NCBI GenBank assembly: GCA_018335695.1
Contig: JAGXRV010000088.1
Coordinates: 6,783 to 70,782 of the forward strand
Direction of reading: 5' to 3'
Origin: Clostridium sp.
Lineage (GTDB): Bacteria > Bacillota > Dethiobacteria > Dethiobacterales > Dethiobacteraceae
DNA length: 64,000 nucleotides
Positions 27,937-38,845 of this stretch are shown piece by piece. Below the pieces are notes generated by a model. It saw nothing but the letters and a program-made list of their open reading frames with translations. It was not told the DNA's origin and made no database searches. Numbering within the stretch: the first letter of the stretch is position 1; the number at the start of each line of letters is the position of its first letter. Made by a program: the position numbers and the translations under genes.

Positions 27937-28626
27937 ATGATTGAATTTCAACGCGTCTCCATGGCTTATCCTAATGGCGTAACTGCGTTGAAGAATATAA
28001 ATTTAGCGGTTGAGCAAGGTGAATTTGTTTTTCTGGTGGGAGAGAGCGGGGCGGGCAAATCAACGCTAATCCGTCTCTTGTGCCGCGAGCTTCTGCCTAC
28101 TGAGGGCAGTATTAAAGTGCATGGGCGGGACATTGCCCGGCTGAAACGTCGGGAAGTGCCGTTTTTTCGTCGCAATATTGGCGTTGTTTTTCAGGATTTT
28201 CGCTTGCTGGAGAACCGTACTGTTTATGAGAACGTTGCTTTTGCGATGCAAGTCGTCGGGGCGACGGGAAGGGAAATGCGCCGAAGGGTGCCGGATGCTC
28301 TGCAGTTGGTTGGTCTGGCAGCAAAGGCGAAGATGAAGCCTTTGGAACTTTCAGGCGGAGAGCAACAGCGAGTCTGTTTGGCTCGTGCTATCGTTAATCA
28401 GCCTTCGTTAATTATTGCTGATGAACCTACCGGCAACTTAGATCCCAGAACCTCTATGGGGATTATGGATGCTCTGAAAACGATTAATATTCGCGGAACA
28501 ACCGTTATTATGGCTTCGCATGACAAAGAAATTGTGGATGCAATGCGTCAGCGGGTATTGGTGCTGGACGGTGGTAAAGTAGTTCGGGACGAGCGAAGGG
28601 GAGTTTACTGCCAACATGCTAATTAG
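27937..28626 (+). CDS. ftsE: Cell-division ABC transporter ATP-binding protein FtsE
   Basis: 'GESGAGKST', 'LSGGEQQRV', 'IIADEPTGNLD'. ATG 27937. Confidence 0.95.
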   Translation: MIEFQRVSMAYPNGVTALKNINLAVEQGEFVFLVGESGAGKSTLIRLLCRELLPTEGSIKVHGRDIARLKRREVPFFRRNIGVVFQDFRLLENRTVYENVAFAMQVVGATGREMRRRVPDALQLVGLAAKAKMKPLELSGGEQQRVCLARAIVNQPSLIIADEPTGNLDPRTSMGIMDALKTINIRGTTVIMASHDKEIVDAMRQRVLVLDGGKVVRDERRGVYCQHAN

Positions 28627-29500
28627 AAATGGCCTGCATTACATAAAAGAAGCATTTAACAGTGTCTACCGCAACGGCTGGATGAGTTTTGCCTCTATTG
28701 GTGTTGTGGCTGTCACTTTGTTTATACTGGGCAGTTTTATCTTGCTGAACATCAACGTCGAGTATATTGCCGAAGATATTAAGCAGCAGGTGCAGATTGT
28801 GGCTTTTGTGGATGAGTCGCTGGCGCCTGATGAAGTCGACTCGCTCCGTGTTTCCTTAATTCGGCTGGAAAAAGTGGAAGAAGTTCGTTTCGTTTCCCGC
28901 GAGGATGCTTTGGAGCGCTTGAAAGAAGAGTTGGGTCCTTTGGTAGAAGGGTTTGAAGGGAGAGAGCGCAATCCGCTGCGCGATTCGTTTGAAATTCGTG
29001 CCATTATCCCTGAAGACATCCCGGCTTTGGCTAAAGAGGTGGCTGAATTGCCCGGCATTGCCAGAGTAGATTACGGCAGGGGCGTAGTCGAGCAACTCTT
29101 TAGTATTACAGGCGTAGTTAGGTGGATTGGCATAGTCTTTATGATTGGGCTGGCACTGACGGCAATGTTTTTAATTGCTAATACGATTAAGCTTACAGTA
29201 AACGCTCGCGCCAAAGAGATTATGATTATGAAGTACGTGGGTGCCACTGAGTGGTTTGTGCGTTGGCCGTTTTTGATCGAGGGTGTACTGCTTGGTTTTT
29301 TTGGTGCGCTGCTGCCCACAGTTCTTTTGATACTTGTCTACAGTGAGGCTGTGGCTTGGACAAGCTTAAATCTGCATTTTTTGCCTCTTGTCTCACCCGG
29401 TATGGTTATTATGGAACTGGCTCAGCTTTTACTCGTACTTGGCACTGTTATCGGCGGCATTGGCAGTCTTGTCTCTATGCGGCGTTTCTTGAAAGTTTAA
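28616..29500 (+). CDS. ftsX: Cell-division ABC transporter permease FtsX
   Basis: N-terminal TM, extracellular domain, three C-terminal TMs. Overlaps the ftsE end. Confidence 0.9.
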   Translation: MLIRNGLHYIKEAFNSVYRNGWMSFASIGVVAVTLFILGSFILLNINVEYIAEDIKQQVQIVAFVDESLAPDEVDSLRVSLIRLEKVEEVRFVSREDALERLKEELGPLVEGFEGRERNPLRDSFEIRAIIPEDIPALAKEVAELPGIARVDYGRGVVEQLFSITGVVRWIGIVFMIGLALTAMFLIANTIKLTVNARAKEIMIMKYVGATEWFVRWPFLIEGVLLGFFGALLPTVLLILVYSEAVAWTSLNLHFLPLVSPGMVIMELAQLLLVLGTVIGGIGSLVSMRRFLKV

Positions 29501-29518
29501 CGTTTGGGAGTGATAGCT

Positions 29519-30715
29519 TTGTCTAAGAGAAGAACGGGAATAATTTTAATGATTGCAGTCATTTTGTTGTTTAACAGTATTTTGCCCGTTTTTGCCAATC
29601 AGATCACCGAAAGACAGGAAGAACTAGGCTCGGTACGTGCTGATATCAATAAACGGAGAAAAGAACTTCAGCAAAACAGAGCGGAACAGGACAAGGTGCT
29701 GTCGGAAATTCGTCAGTTGGAGTCGGAAATAAAGGCAACTCAGCGGGAGATCACCTCGCTTGCCGATAGAATCAGTACAACGGAAAACAGGATTGCTGAA
29801 AATGAGGCAAACCTGACGGAAGCGGAAATAAAGATCAAAGAAATGGAGGACCTGCTGGCCACTCGTTTGCGTGCCATCCATGAAAATGGCAGTATCAGTT
29901 ACTTGGAAGTTCTTTTTAGCAGCGCCTCTTTTGCCGAGTTTCTCAGTCGTTTTAATGATTTGCAGTTAATTATCGCTGAAGATAGAGTGCTTTTGACAGA
30001 ATTTCAGTCAGAGCGGGAACGGATTGCGGAGATAAAAGTTGCTTTGGAGCAGAAACGTCAGGAACTGCAAGTCATGCGTGAACAAAATATTAGAGAAGTA
30101 AGCAGCCTGGAGAAAAAGCAGACTGAGCAACAGCAACTGCAGGCGGCGCTTGATGCAGAGCATGAGGAAATGGAAAGAGTCGTTCGTCAGATGGAGCGGG
30201 AAGCCAGTCAGATTGAAAGAATTATTCGGCAAATGCAGGCGGCACAACGTCGCTCCAGGCAGACAAGGACTGCTTTTCGCGGATCAGGACAAATGGCTTG
30301 GCCGGTACCGGAATTTGGTCCCGCCTGGATTACTTCGCGCTTCGGTTTCCGTGTTAATCCGTTTAGCGGAGCTCCCGGTGCCTGGCACGGCGGTGTAGAT
30401 ATCGGCATTCCGCATTCGCGCTTCCCCCGTAACAGAAACGGGGAGCCGGTGCACGCGGTGGCTGCCGATGCGGGCGTTGCCCATATTTTCCCCATGAGGG
30501 GCGGTTACGGAAATATGGTGATTATTGACCATGGAGACGGAATTGCCACGCTTTATGCTCATTTAGACAGTATTTTGGTGGGAAATCAGGTCAGTGTCTC
30601 GCGTGGACAGGCAATTGGTGTAGTCGGGACTACCGGGTTGTCTACCGGTCCGCATCTACACTTTGAGGTGCATGTTAACGGCAGCCGGGTAGAACCGCTA
30701 GCTTTTATCAGATAG
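29519..30715 (+). CDS. Coiled-coil M23 peptidase (EnvC-like murein hydrolase/activator)
   Basis: Signal/TM segment, long coiled coil, M23 motifs 'HGGVDI' and 'GPHLHFEV'. TTG 29519 lies 8 nt after GGGAG. ORF opens at 29504. Confidence 0.85.
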   Translation: MSKRRTGIILMIAVILLFNSILPVFANQITERQEELGSVRADINKRRKELQQNRAEQDKVLSEIRQLESEIKATQREITSLADRISTTENRIAENEANLTEAEIKIKEMEDLLATRLRAIHENGSISYLEVLFSSASFAEFLSRFNDLQLIIAEDRVLLTEFQSERERIAEIKVALEQKRQELQVMREQNIREVSSLEKKQTEQQQLQAALDAEHEEMERVVRQMEREASQIERIIRQMQAAQRRSRQTRTAFRGSGQMAWPVPEFGPAWITSRFGFRVNPFSGAPGAWHGGVDIGIPHSRFPRNRNGEPVHAVAADAGVAHIFPMRGGYGNMVIIDHGDGIATLYAHLDSILVGNQVSVSRGQAIGVVGTTGLSTGPHLHFEVHVNGSRVEPLAFIR

Positions 30716-30825
30716 CTGGCCATTGCGGAAGAACTAAGAATCATGTGTTTGTTTTAGGTTTGTTATTTTTAATTCGCTTGCTTTAACCCTTTCACTCTTA
30801 AAGGATGGAGAGGGTATTTTATTTT

Positions 30826-31040
30826 CTCACCTTCGCCTTAACCTTAACTCTCACCCTCACCCTAGCCCTCTCCCAGAGGGAGAGGGGACTTACATTGCCC
30901 TCGCCCCCTTAGGGGGGAGAGGGTTAGGGTGAGGGGGGCGAAAGAAATTATCATCCTCCGAAGTTGTCTTCGCCGTTGGACTTACATTGCCCTCGCCCCC
31001 CTAGGGGGGAGAGGGTTAGGGTGAGGGGGGCGAGGGGAAT
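30826..31040. repeat. Repeat locus D: family-1 element plus a duplicated ~55-bp G-tract unit
   Basis: 'ctcaccctcaccctagccctctcccagagggagaggggacttacattgccctcgcccccttaggggggagagggttagggtgaggggggcga'. A second 'gacttacattgccctcgcccccctaggggggagagggttagggtgaggggggcgagggg' follows. Confidence 0.85.
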
Positions 31041-31178
31041 TATCGGGGGATTTATGGGGGAGGCTGTTCTTGTGGATTGCTGCCAGGGCGGGTGGAAATC
31101 TCCTGTAGATTATTGGCTTCAATAAGTTTATAATGAAAGAAGTGACATAAAAATCGGCTGAAAGTTGGTGACCACTTC

Positions 31179-32603
31179 GTGAAAAAAAGGACGGTATATC
31201 TCCTTATTTTTTTACTTGTTGTAAGCAATCTATTGACATTTCGAGTCACAAGAAATGCATACCGCTTGACAATGCTTACGCCTCCTCCTCCAGTCGGTGG
31301 CAATATGACCGGAGATAAACTTCCGGAGGAACTGAGACCTTTTGTTGAAACATTTAATATCTTAGCGCAAAGACATCTTGATGAAGTGGCAAAAGAAGAA
31401 CTTATTGATGCGGCAATTAAAGGGATGGTCGAATCCCTCGATGATCCTCAGACGAGTTTCTTGGACGCTGATAATTTTGAAGAGATGATGATGAGGATTG
31501 ACGGTTCCTTCTCCGGTATAGGCATTGAAATCAATAAGAGGAATGAGTATATTACGATTATTGCGCCGATAAAAAACACGCCGGGGGAACGGGCGGGTTT
31601 GCTGGCTAATGATCGCATTATTGCGGTGGACGGCGTAGACCTAATCGGTGCTACCACCATGGAAGCCGTAAAACTAATGCGTGGACCTACCGGCACCGAG
31701 GTTACGCTGACAGTGGAAAGAGACGGACTGCCGGCACCCCTCACCTTTAAAATTACCCGGGGGAATATTGTTTTGCCCAGCGTATTTCCAGAAATGTTGG
31801 CTGACAAAATCGGTTACATCGAAATCACTACCTTTGACGAGCACACAGGCAGTGATTTTCGAGAAGCGCTGCTTCTTTTGGAGTCTCAAGGGATGAAAGG
31901 TTTGATCTTAGACTTACGGGATAATCCGGGCGGATTGTTAGAAGAGGCGATTAAGATTGGACAAGAACTTTTGCCTGCCGGTCCGATTACTCATGTGGCA
32001 GACCGTCACGGGGTGATTCAGCGGACATACAGTTCTTTCGGTGTGCAAAAGCCTTACCCTATTGTTGTCCTGGTTAATGGTGCGAGCGCTTCCGCGGCTG
32101 AAATTATTGCCGGTGCTTTTCAAGATACGGGAGCCGGGGTTTTGGTAGGGACGAAGACTTACGGCAAAGCCACAGTACAGCATATGGAAAGGCTCTCAAA
32201 CAGTGCGGGGCTGCGGTATACTGTGGCCAAATATCAGACGCCTAATGGCAGAGATATAAATGGCAAAGGTCTTGAACCGGATGTGGTTGTGGAACTGCCC
32301 GCAGAATATATGTTGCTTTATCATCAGCTTGTCAACGATCTAAAACCCGGTGATAAAGATGTATTTGTTACGTTTCTGCAAAAGATGTTGGTTGCGTTGA
32401 AGTTTAATGTGGCGGAAACAGGCATCTATGATCAGGCTACAGAACGTGCCGTGCGCGCATTTCAAAGCAAACATGGTTTGTCTGTCAGCGGAGTTACTGA
32501 CGCTGCAACAAGAAGTAAGTTGGCGCAAGAAATTGAGGCATTGTTAGGGCAGTCTGATTTGCAGCTTGAAAAAGGAAGAGAAATTCTGCTTGAAAAAATC
32601 TAA
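31179..32603 (+). CDS. S41 C-terminal processing peptidase with PDZ and peptidoglycan-binding domains
   Basis: 'GASASAAEI' (Ser), 'TYGKAT' (Lys), PDZ 'GERAGLLANDRIIAVDG', C-terminal PG_binding_1-like 'GIYDQATERAVRAFQSKHGL'. GTG start. Confidence 0.9.
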   Translation: MKKRTVYLLIFLLVVSNLLTFRVTRNAYRLTMLTPPPPVGGNMTGDKLPEELRPFVETFNILAQRHLDEVAKEELIDAAIKGMVESLDDPQTSFLDADNFEEMMMRIDGSFSGIGIEINKRNEYITIIAPIKNTPGERAGLLANDRIIAVDGVDLIGATTMEAVKLMRGPTGTEVTLTVERDGLPAPLTFKITRGNIVLPSVFPEMLADKIGYIEITTFDEHTGSDFREALLLLESQGMKGLILDLRDNPGGLLEEAIKIGQELLPAGPITHVADRHGVIQRTYSSFGVQKPYPIVVLVNGASASAAEIIAGAFQDTGAGVLVGTKTYGKATVQHMERLSNSAGLRYTVAKYQTPNGRDINGKGLEPDVVVELPAEYMLLYHQLVNDLKPGDKDVFVTFLQKMLVALKFNVAETGIYDQATERAVRAFQSKHGLSVSGVTDAATRSKLAQEIEALLGQSDLQLEKGREILLEKI

Positions 32604-32615
32604 AGGAGTGGGCAG

Positions 32616-33995
32616 ATGGAGTCTATGGAGATGGTCCGTCTGTTCTTTGGGGCCTTCGCGAGTTTTTTGCTGAATCCTTTGTTTTGGCTGGTTGTGCTGC
32701 TGATGGCTAGCCAGTACGGTCGCGTGGCTAAAAATGAAGTGCAGTTATTTGGCAGAGCTAAATATTCTGTTGCTGTGCAGACACGCTATTTTGTTTTGTT
32801 TGGACTGGCTGGAGGCTTTCTGGCCAGTCTATTGCTCGTTCTGTTAGGTATCTCTTTGCTTGATATTGGCATGGTTTATGTTTGGCCGCTCGCAGTGCTG
32901 CTTTTACTTGTTCATCCCCGTTACCTTTGTTTCGCTTATGCCGGGGGATTGGTGGGGGCATTTTCCGCTTTGCTGCAGCTGCTTGAACAAATTTGGCCTG
33001 CGATAAATCTGGGGATACTCTCCGGGATAGCAAATATTCATATTCCCGGACTTTTGGCATTAATCGGGATTTTACATTTGACGGAAAGCTTTCTGATAGC
33101 GGTAAGCGGACATTTGTTTCCTAGCCCCCTTTATTTAAAGACGGACAGAGGGGTAGTGGGCGGATATTCCCTGCAAAAGTTTTGGCCGCTGCCGCTTGTA
33201 GGCTTAATGGCTCTGCTTGTGCCGCAGGCTACCGCAGAAGCGATGAGCGGGGTACGCATGCCGGATTGGTGGCCACTGCTGGCTAGCTCTGCAATGCCTG
33301 GTGCTAACGAGACATTGCTTTACCTGCTTACGCCTGTTGTGGCAGGCTTAGGCTACGGTGATTTGGCTATTTCCACATCTCCGCAGCAAAAAAGCAGGCG
33401 CTCAGCACTCAATTTGGGCTGCTATAGTATAATCATAATCGCAGCCGCTTTTCTGGCATTTTACTATCCGCTGTTTACAATACCTGCCGCTTTGCTTTCA
33501 CCGTTTGGACATGAGCTTTTAATTCTCCTGGGCAATAAGCAGGAGTTCTCCGGCACGCCGCTTTTTGCTGCCCGGAAAGATGGTGTTAAAATTCTTGATA
33601 TCTTTCCGCGTTCTCCTGCCGCTGCCGCAGGTTTAAGGTCCGGTCAGGTAATTTTGTCCGTCAACGGCTTGCTTGTCAGTGATTCGCTCACAATGCAAAA
33701 TGTCATGGAACTTGCCAAGCCTAGTGCTGAGCTGGAAATAGAGGGTGAAAAGAAAAAGATTGAACTGAAATTTTATGATTATAAGTCTGCAGGCATTATT
33801 CCGGTACCTGACCAATTTACATCCGTTTATCTCGAAATCAAGCAACCCCGATTTTTCATCAAACTCAACCATGGGGACGGTTCTGGTGGTCTACAACTTC
33901 AGGAGCGATTAAACGGAACAGAGCAAAAACAACCAGAAGAACCGTCCCCATGGTTGGAGGAAAAACAACCAGAAGAACCGTCCCCGCGGTTGTAG
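32616..33995 (+). CDS. Polytopic membrane protein with C-terminal PDZ domain
   Basis: About 9 hydrophobic segments, then PDZ '[19 protein letters not shown]'. The last 24 codons are encoded by a 36-bp tandem repeat. RBS AAGGAG. Confidence 0.75.
   Translation: MESMEMVRLFFGAFASFLLNPLFWLVVLLMASQYGRVAKNEVQLFGRAKYSVAVQTRYFVLFGLAGGFLASLLLVLLGISLLDIGMVYVWPLAVLLLLVHPRYLCFAYAGGLVGAFSALLQLLEQIWPAINLGILSGIANIHIPGLLALIGILHLTESFLIAVSGHLFPSPLYLKTDRGVVGGYSLQKFWPLPLVGLMALLVPQATAEAMSGVRMPDWWPLLASSAMPGANETLLYLLTPVVAGLGYGDLAISTSPQQKSRRSALNLGCYSIIIIAAAFLAFYYPLFTIPAALLSPFGHELLILLGNKQEFSGTPLFAARKDGVKILDIFPRSPAAAAGLRSGQVILSVNGLLVSDSLTMQNVMELAKPSAELEIEGEKKKIELKFYDYKSAGIIPVPDQFTSVYLEIKQPRFFIKLNHGDGSGGLQLQERLNGTEQKQPEEPSPWLEEKQPEEPSPRL
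33868..33992. repeat. Hairpin plus 36-bp tandem duplication (second repeat family)
   Basis: 'aaccatggggacggttctggtg' (33868-33889) is an inverted match to 'ccagaagaaccgtccccatggtt'. The unit 'aaaaacaaccagaagaaccgtcccc(at/gc)ggttg' occurs at 33925 and 33961. Confidence 0.85.
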
Positions 33996-34009
33996 AGGGA
34001 GTATATGGT

Positions 34010-36013
34010 ATGGGAGAATTTCTTGTTCGGAGTGAGTTTAAACCACAGGGTGACCAGACAAAAGCCATCGAGAGCTTGCTTGCAGGCATAGCGAAAGGCT
34101 ACAAGCATCAGACTTTGCTTGGCGTGACCGGTTCAGGGAAGACGTTTACCATGGCAAATGTAATTGCGCGCTTGCAGCGGCCAACGCTGGTGATTGTTCA
34201 TAATAAGACTTTGGCTGCCCAGTTATGCAGCGAGTTTCGGGAGTTTTTTCCTGCCAGCGCGGTAGAATATTTTGTCAGCTATTACGATTATTATCAGCCG
34301 GAAGCATATATTCCCCAGACAGATATGTACATTGAGAAAGATTCTTCAATAAACGATGAGATAGAAAAATTGCGTCACTCCGCCACCAGTGCGCTCTTTG
34401 AGCGGCGTGACGTGATTGTCGTCGCCAGTGTTTCTTGTATTTATGGTCTCGGTTCTCCGCAGGAATATAGGGAACAGGTTGTTTCTTTACGTGTGGGAAT
34501 GGAAAAGAAGCGCGATGAAATTATTAAAAAATTGGTTGCTATTCAATATGAACGTAATGATTTTCAGTTGGAGCGGAGCCGTTTTCGTGTCCGCGGCGAT
34601 GTGTTGGAAATTTATCCTGCATCTTCCAGTGAGAAAGCGGTGCGTATAGAATTTTTCGGAGATGAAATTGAGCGGATCAGAGAAATTGATACGCTGACGG
34701 GGGAAATTCTTGGCGAACGGGAGCATATTGCAATTTTTCCTGCTTCTCACTTTGTGACTTCAAGGGAGAGGTTGGAAAAAGCGATGAGGGAGATTAGCCT
34801 GGAATTGGCTGAACGTGTGCGTGAGTTGCGCAGTCAAAATAAGCTGCTTGAAGCACAACGTCTGGAGCAACGCACTAATTATGATTTGGAAATGATGAAT
34901 GAGATCGGTTTCTGCTCCGGAATCGAGAATTATTCCAGGCATTTAGACGGTCGCCCGGCTGGCAGTCGCCCGTTTACTTTAATTGACTATTTCCCCAAGG
35001 ATTTTTTGCTTTTCGTTGATGAGTCGCATCAAACGCTGCCGCAGGTAAGGGGGATGTATGCCGGTGATCGTTCCAGGAAGGAAACATTGGTGGAATACGG
35101 ATTCCGTCTGCCTTCGGCTCTCGATAATCGGCCGTTGATGTTTGCGGAATTTGAACATCTGGTAAGCCAGGCTGTCTATGTTTCCGCCACGCCGGGCCCA
35201 TATGAGCAGGAGCATCGGCAGCAGGTGGTGGAACAGATTATTAGACCTACGGGATTGATTGATCCTGAAATATTTGTGCGTCCCGTAAAAGGTCAGATTG
35301 ATGATTTGTATAGTGAAATTCGTCTACGCAGCGAACGGAATGAGCGGGTGTTGGTGACGACGCTGACAAAGCGGATGGCTGAAGACTTGACCGAGTATTA
35401 CAAAGAATTGGGTGTGAAGGTTGCCTATCTTCATTCTGAGATAAACACTCTTGAGCGGAGTGAAATTATTCGTGATTTGCGCCTGGGCAAATATGATGTG
35501 TTGGTGGGAATTAATTTGCTGCGGGAAGGGCTGGATCTGCCGGAGGTATCACTTGTCGCTATTCTTGATGCCGATAAAGAAGGATTTCTGCGGGCGGAAC
35601 GTTCTTTGATTCAAACCATTGGCCGGGCGGCTCGTCATGTTCATGGAACGGCAATTATGTATGCAGATAAAATTACCGACTCGATGCAAAGTGCCATTGC
35701 CGAGACAGAACGCCGCCGCGTTATTCAACTGGAGTATAATCAGGCTCATGGTATTACCCCCACCACGATCCGCAAAGCGGTACATGCCGTTATCCAGGCG
35801 ACTAAGCTGGCGGAGGAAACGGGAAAATATTTAAGCAAAGATGAGATTGAGCAAATGACGGCGCAGCAAAGAAAAAAGACAATTGCTGAGTTAGAAAAAG
35901 AGATGAAAAAAGCGGCACGGGAACTGGAGTTTGAGCGTGCCGCCCGATTGCGTGACCAGCTATTTCAATTGCGTAAAGCCGGAAAAGAGGATGAATCTGA
36001 CCATGGAATATGA
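34010..36013 (+). CDS. uvrB: Excinuclease ABC subunit B
   Basis: 'GVTGSGKTF', '[10 protein letters not shown]', C-terminal UVR motif. ATG 34010 follows GAGGGAG. ORF opens at 33950. Confidence 0.97.
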   Translation: MGEFLVRSEFKPQGDQTKAIESLLAGIAKGYKHQTLLGVTGSGKTFTMANVIARLQRPTLVIVHNKTLAAQLCSEFREFFPASAVEYFVSYYDYYQPEAYIPQTDMYIEKDSSINDEIEKLRHSATSALFERRDVIVVASVSCIYGLGSPQEYREQVVSLRVGMEKKRDEIIKKLVAIQYERNDFQLERSRFRVRGDVLEIYPASSSEKAVRIEFFGDEIERIREIDTLTGEILGEREHIAIFPASHFVTSRERLEKAMREISLELAERVRELRSQNKLLEAQRLEQRTNYDLEMMNEIGFCSGIENYSRHLDGRPAGSRPFTLIDYFPKDFLLFVDESHQTLPQVRGMYAGDRSRKETLVEYGFRLPSALDNRPLMFAEFEHLVSQAVYVSATPGPYEQEHRQQVVEQIIRPTGLIDPEIFVRPVKGQIDDLYSEIRLRSERNERVLVTTLTKRMAEDLTEYYKELGVKVAYLHSEINTLERSEIIRDLRLGKYDVLVGINLLREGLDLPEVSLVAILDADKEGFLRAERSLIQTIGRAARHVHGTAIMYADKITDSMQSAIAETERRRVIQLEYNQAHGITPTTIRKAVHAVIQATKLAEETGKYLSKDEIEQMTAQQRKKTIAELEKEMKKAARELEFERAARLRDQLFQLRKAGKEDESDHGI

Positions 36014-38834
36014 TAAAATACTGATTCGCGGTGCCAGACAGCACAATTTAAAGAATATTGATGTGGAAATTCCCCGTAACAAATTGGTTGTGATTACCGG
36101 TCTTTCAGGCTCGGGCAAATCTTCATTGGCGTTCGACACCGTGTATGCAGAAGGTCAGCGCCGGTATGTGGAGTCGTTGTCGGCTTATGCGCGCCAGTTT
36201 TTAGGGCAGATGAGCAAGCCTGATGTTGACTATATCGAAGGGCTTTCGCCGGCCATCTCTATTGATCAGAAGACTACTTCCCGCAATCCGCGTTCGACAG
36301 TAGGCACGGTGACGGAAATCTACGATTACTTGCGGTTGCTTTATGCCCGTGTAGGTCGGCCGCATTGTCCGCATTGCCGGATTCAAATTGCGCAGCAGAC
36401 GGTAGAGCAGATGGTGGATCGGATTATGCTTTTGCCGGAGAATACCAGAATTCATGTGCTGGCGCCGCTGGTGAGGGGGCGAAAAGGTGAGTACAGTAAG
36501 TTATTTCAAGATGCCCGCTCAGATGGATTTGTCCGCGTTCGTGTGGACGGAAAAATTCGCCTGTTGGAAGAAGAGATTTCGCTCAATAAAAATAAAAAAC
36601 ATGATATTGAGATTGTTGTAGACAGGCTGATAATTAAGGAAGGCTTGGAGAAGCGTTTGGCGGATTCGCTTGAGACGGCACTTAAATACGGTAATGGTTT
36701 AGTGCTGATTGAAATTATCGACGGTGAGGAGTTGCTCTTTTCCGCCACGTTTGCATGTCCGCAATGCGGGTTTTCTTTTGAAGAAATGGCGCCGCGGATG
36801 TTCTCTTTCAACAGTCCTTATGGTGCCTGCAGTAAATGCAGCGGCTTGGGCAGTAAAGCGGAAATTGACCCTGAACTGGTAGTTCCCGATCGGAGGCGCA
36901 CACTGGCTGAGGGAGCTATAGCGCCGTGGAAGCCTAGCAACAGCCAAGGCTACTACCAGCAGTTGCTGCAAGCAGTAGCCGCCCACTTTGAGATTGATCT
37001 CAATGTTCCTTTTGAGAAGCTCTCGGCAGAACAGCAGAAAATCTTATTTTGCGGCGTATCAGAAAAAATCCCTTTTAACTATAAAGATGGCTACGGGCAT
37101 GTCCGCCGCTATAATTTGCGTTTCGAAGGGGTTATCGCCAACCTGGACAGGCGCTATCGAGAGAGCACATCGGAGCAGGTGCGTGAGGAACTGGAAAGCT
37201 ATATGTCCCATCATCCCTGTCCGGAATGTGGCGGCAGCAGGTTAAAGGCTGCAAGCCTGGCGGTAACGGTGGGCGGCAAAAATATCGCGGAAATGACCAG
37301 GCTGACGGTGGAGGGAGCCAGGCAATTTGTGGGCAGCCTGGAACTTGCTGAAAAAGAGCGGCAGATTGCAAGGCTTGTCTTGCGGGAGATAGAAGAAAGG
37401 CTTGGTTTTCTCAGCAATGTGGGGCTTGAATATCTTACGCTGGATCGGGCAGCCGGGACACTTTCCGGCGGAGAGGCGCAACGCATTCGTCTGGCAACGC
37501 AGATCGGTTCCAGCTTGACCGGAGTATTGTATATTCTTGATGAGCCTAGTATCGGCTTACATCAGCGCGATAACCGGCGCCTGATTGAGACATTGCTGCG
37601 TCTGCGGGACCTTGGGAATACGGTAATTGTCGTCGAGCATGATGAGGAAACTATTGACAGCGCGGACCATATACTTGATATCGGACCAGGCGCCGGTATT
37701 GCCGGAGGGTATGTGGTGGCGGCCGGTACGGCGGCTGAAATCAAAGCTGTGCCTGAATCTGTGACCGGTCAATATCTTTCCGGGCGAAAGGCGATTTCTG
37801 TGCCCGAAAAACGACGGGAGCTTAACGGCAAATGGCTTACCGTGACAGGAGCACGCGCTCATAATTTGAAAGAGCTGGACGTTAAAGTGCCGCTTGGTGT
37901 ATTTACATGCGTTACCGGTGTTTCCGGTTCCGGTAAAAGTACGTTAGTAAATGAGATAATTTATCGTAGGTTGGCACTGGAGCTTCAGCGCGGTCGCCAG
38001 AAGCCGGCGGAGCATGATGCTATTTCCGGTCTTGAATATATTGACAAAGTGATTGAAGTGGATCAGTCGCCGATCGGCCGAACACCGCGTTCCAATCCGG
38101 CCACTTATACCGGCTTGTTCGATTTAATCAGGGAGCTTTTTTCTGTTACGGCGGAAGGACGCGCTCGTGGTTATAAGCCCGGTCGTTTCAGTTTTAATGT
38201 TAAGGGTGGTCGTTGTGAAGCTTGCAAGGGTGATGGGATTTTACGGATTGAGATGCATTTTTTGCCGGATGTTTACGTTCCGTGTGAGGTTTGCCGAGGA
38301 AAACGCTATAACCGCGAAACGCTTGAAGTGCGTTACAAAGGCAAGAATGTGGCTGAAGTACTGGAAATGGATGTGGCCGAGGCGCTCGACTTCTTTGCAG
38401 CTTTGCCGCGGATTAAAAGAAAACTACAAGTTCTTTTTGATGTTGGTCTCGGCTATATTCGTCTTGGTCAGCCGGCGCCTACGCTTTCCGGCGGAGAGGC
38501 GCAGCGGGTAAAGCTGGCGACGGAACTGTCGCGGCGCAGTAACGGCAAAACACTCTATATACTTGATGAACCTACCACCGGGTTGCACAGTGAGGATATC
38601 AACAAGCTATTAACGATTCTTGATCGTTTGGTGGATAACGGAGACACCGTATTAGTCATTGAGCATAACTTAGATGTGATTAAGCGGGCGGATTATCTGA
38701 TAGACCTTGGACCGGAAGGTGGCGCTGCCGGCGGAGAACTGGTGGCATGCGGCTCCCCGGAAGAGGTGGCTGCGGTCGATACTTCGCATACAGGCCGTTT
38801 CCTGGCAAAAGTTTTGCAAAAGGTAAAAGCTTGA
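36003..38834 (+). CDS. uvrA: Excinuclease ABC subunit A
   Basis: '[12 protein letters not shown]', '[10 protein letters not shown]', two 'LSGGEAQR' signatures, zinc fingers. Overlaps the uvrB end. ORF opens at 35931. Confidence 0.97.
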   Translation: MEYDKILIRGARQHNLKNIDVEIPRNKLVVITGLSGSGKSSLAFDTVYAEGQRRYVESLSAYARQFLGQMSKPDVDYIEGLSPAISIDQKTTSRNPRSTVGTVTEIYDYLRLLYARVGRPHCPHCRIQIAQQTVEQMVDRIMLLPENTRIHVLAPLVRGRKGEYSKLFQDARSDGFVRVRVDGKIRLLEEEISLNKNKKHDIEIVVDRLIIKEGLEKRLADSLETALKYGNGLVLIEIIDGEELLFSATFACPQCGFSFEEMAPRMFSFNSPYGACSKCSGLGSKAEIDPELVVPDRRRTLAEGAIAPWKPSNSQGYYQQLLQAVAAHFEIDLNVPFEKLSAEQQKILFCGVSEKIPFNYKDGYGHVRRYNLRFEGVIANLDRRYRESTSEQVREELESYMSHHPCPECGGSRLKAASLAVTVGGKNIAEMTRLTVEGARQFVGSLELAEKERQIARLVLREIEERLGFLSNVGLEYLTLDRAAGTLSGGEAQRIRLATQIGSSLTGVLYILDEPSIGLHQRDNRRLIETLLRLRDLGNTVIVVEHDEETIDSADHILDIGPGAGIAGGYVVAAGTAAEIKAVPESVTGQYLSGRKAISVPEKRRELNGKWLTVTGARAHNLKELDVKVPLGVFTCVTGVSGSGKSTLVNEIIYRRLALELQRGRQKPAEHDAISGLEYIDKVIEVDQSPIGRTPRSNPATYTGLFDLIRELFSVTAEGRARGYKPGRFSFNVKGGRCEACKGDGILRIEMHFLPDVYVPCEVCRGKRYNRETLEVRYKGKNVAEVLEMDVAEALDFFAALPRIKRKLQVLFDVGLGYIRLGQPAPTLSGGEAQRVKLATELSRRSNGKTLYILDEPTTGLHSEDINKLLTILDRLVDNGDTVLVIEHNLDVIKRADYLIDLGPEGGAAGGELVACGSPEEVAAVDTSHTGRFLAKVLQKVKA

Positions 38835-38845
38835 CGGAGGCAGTT

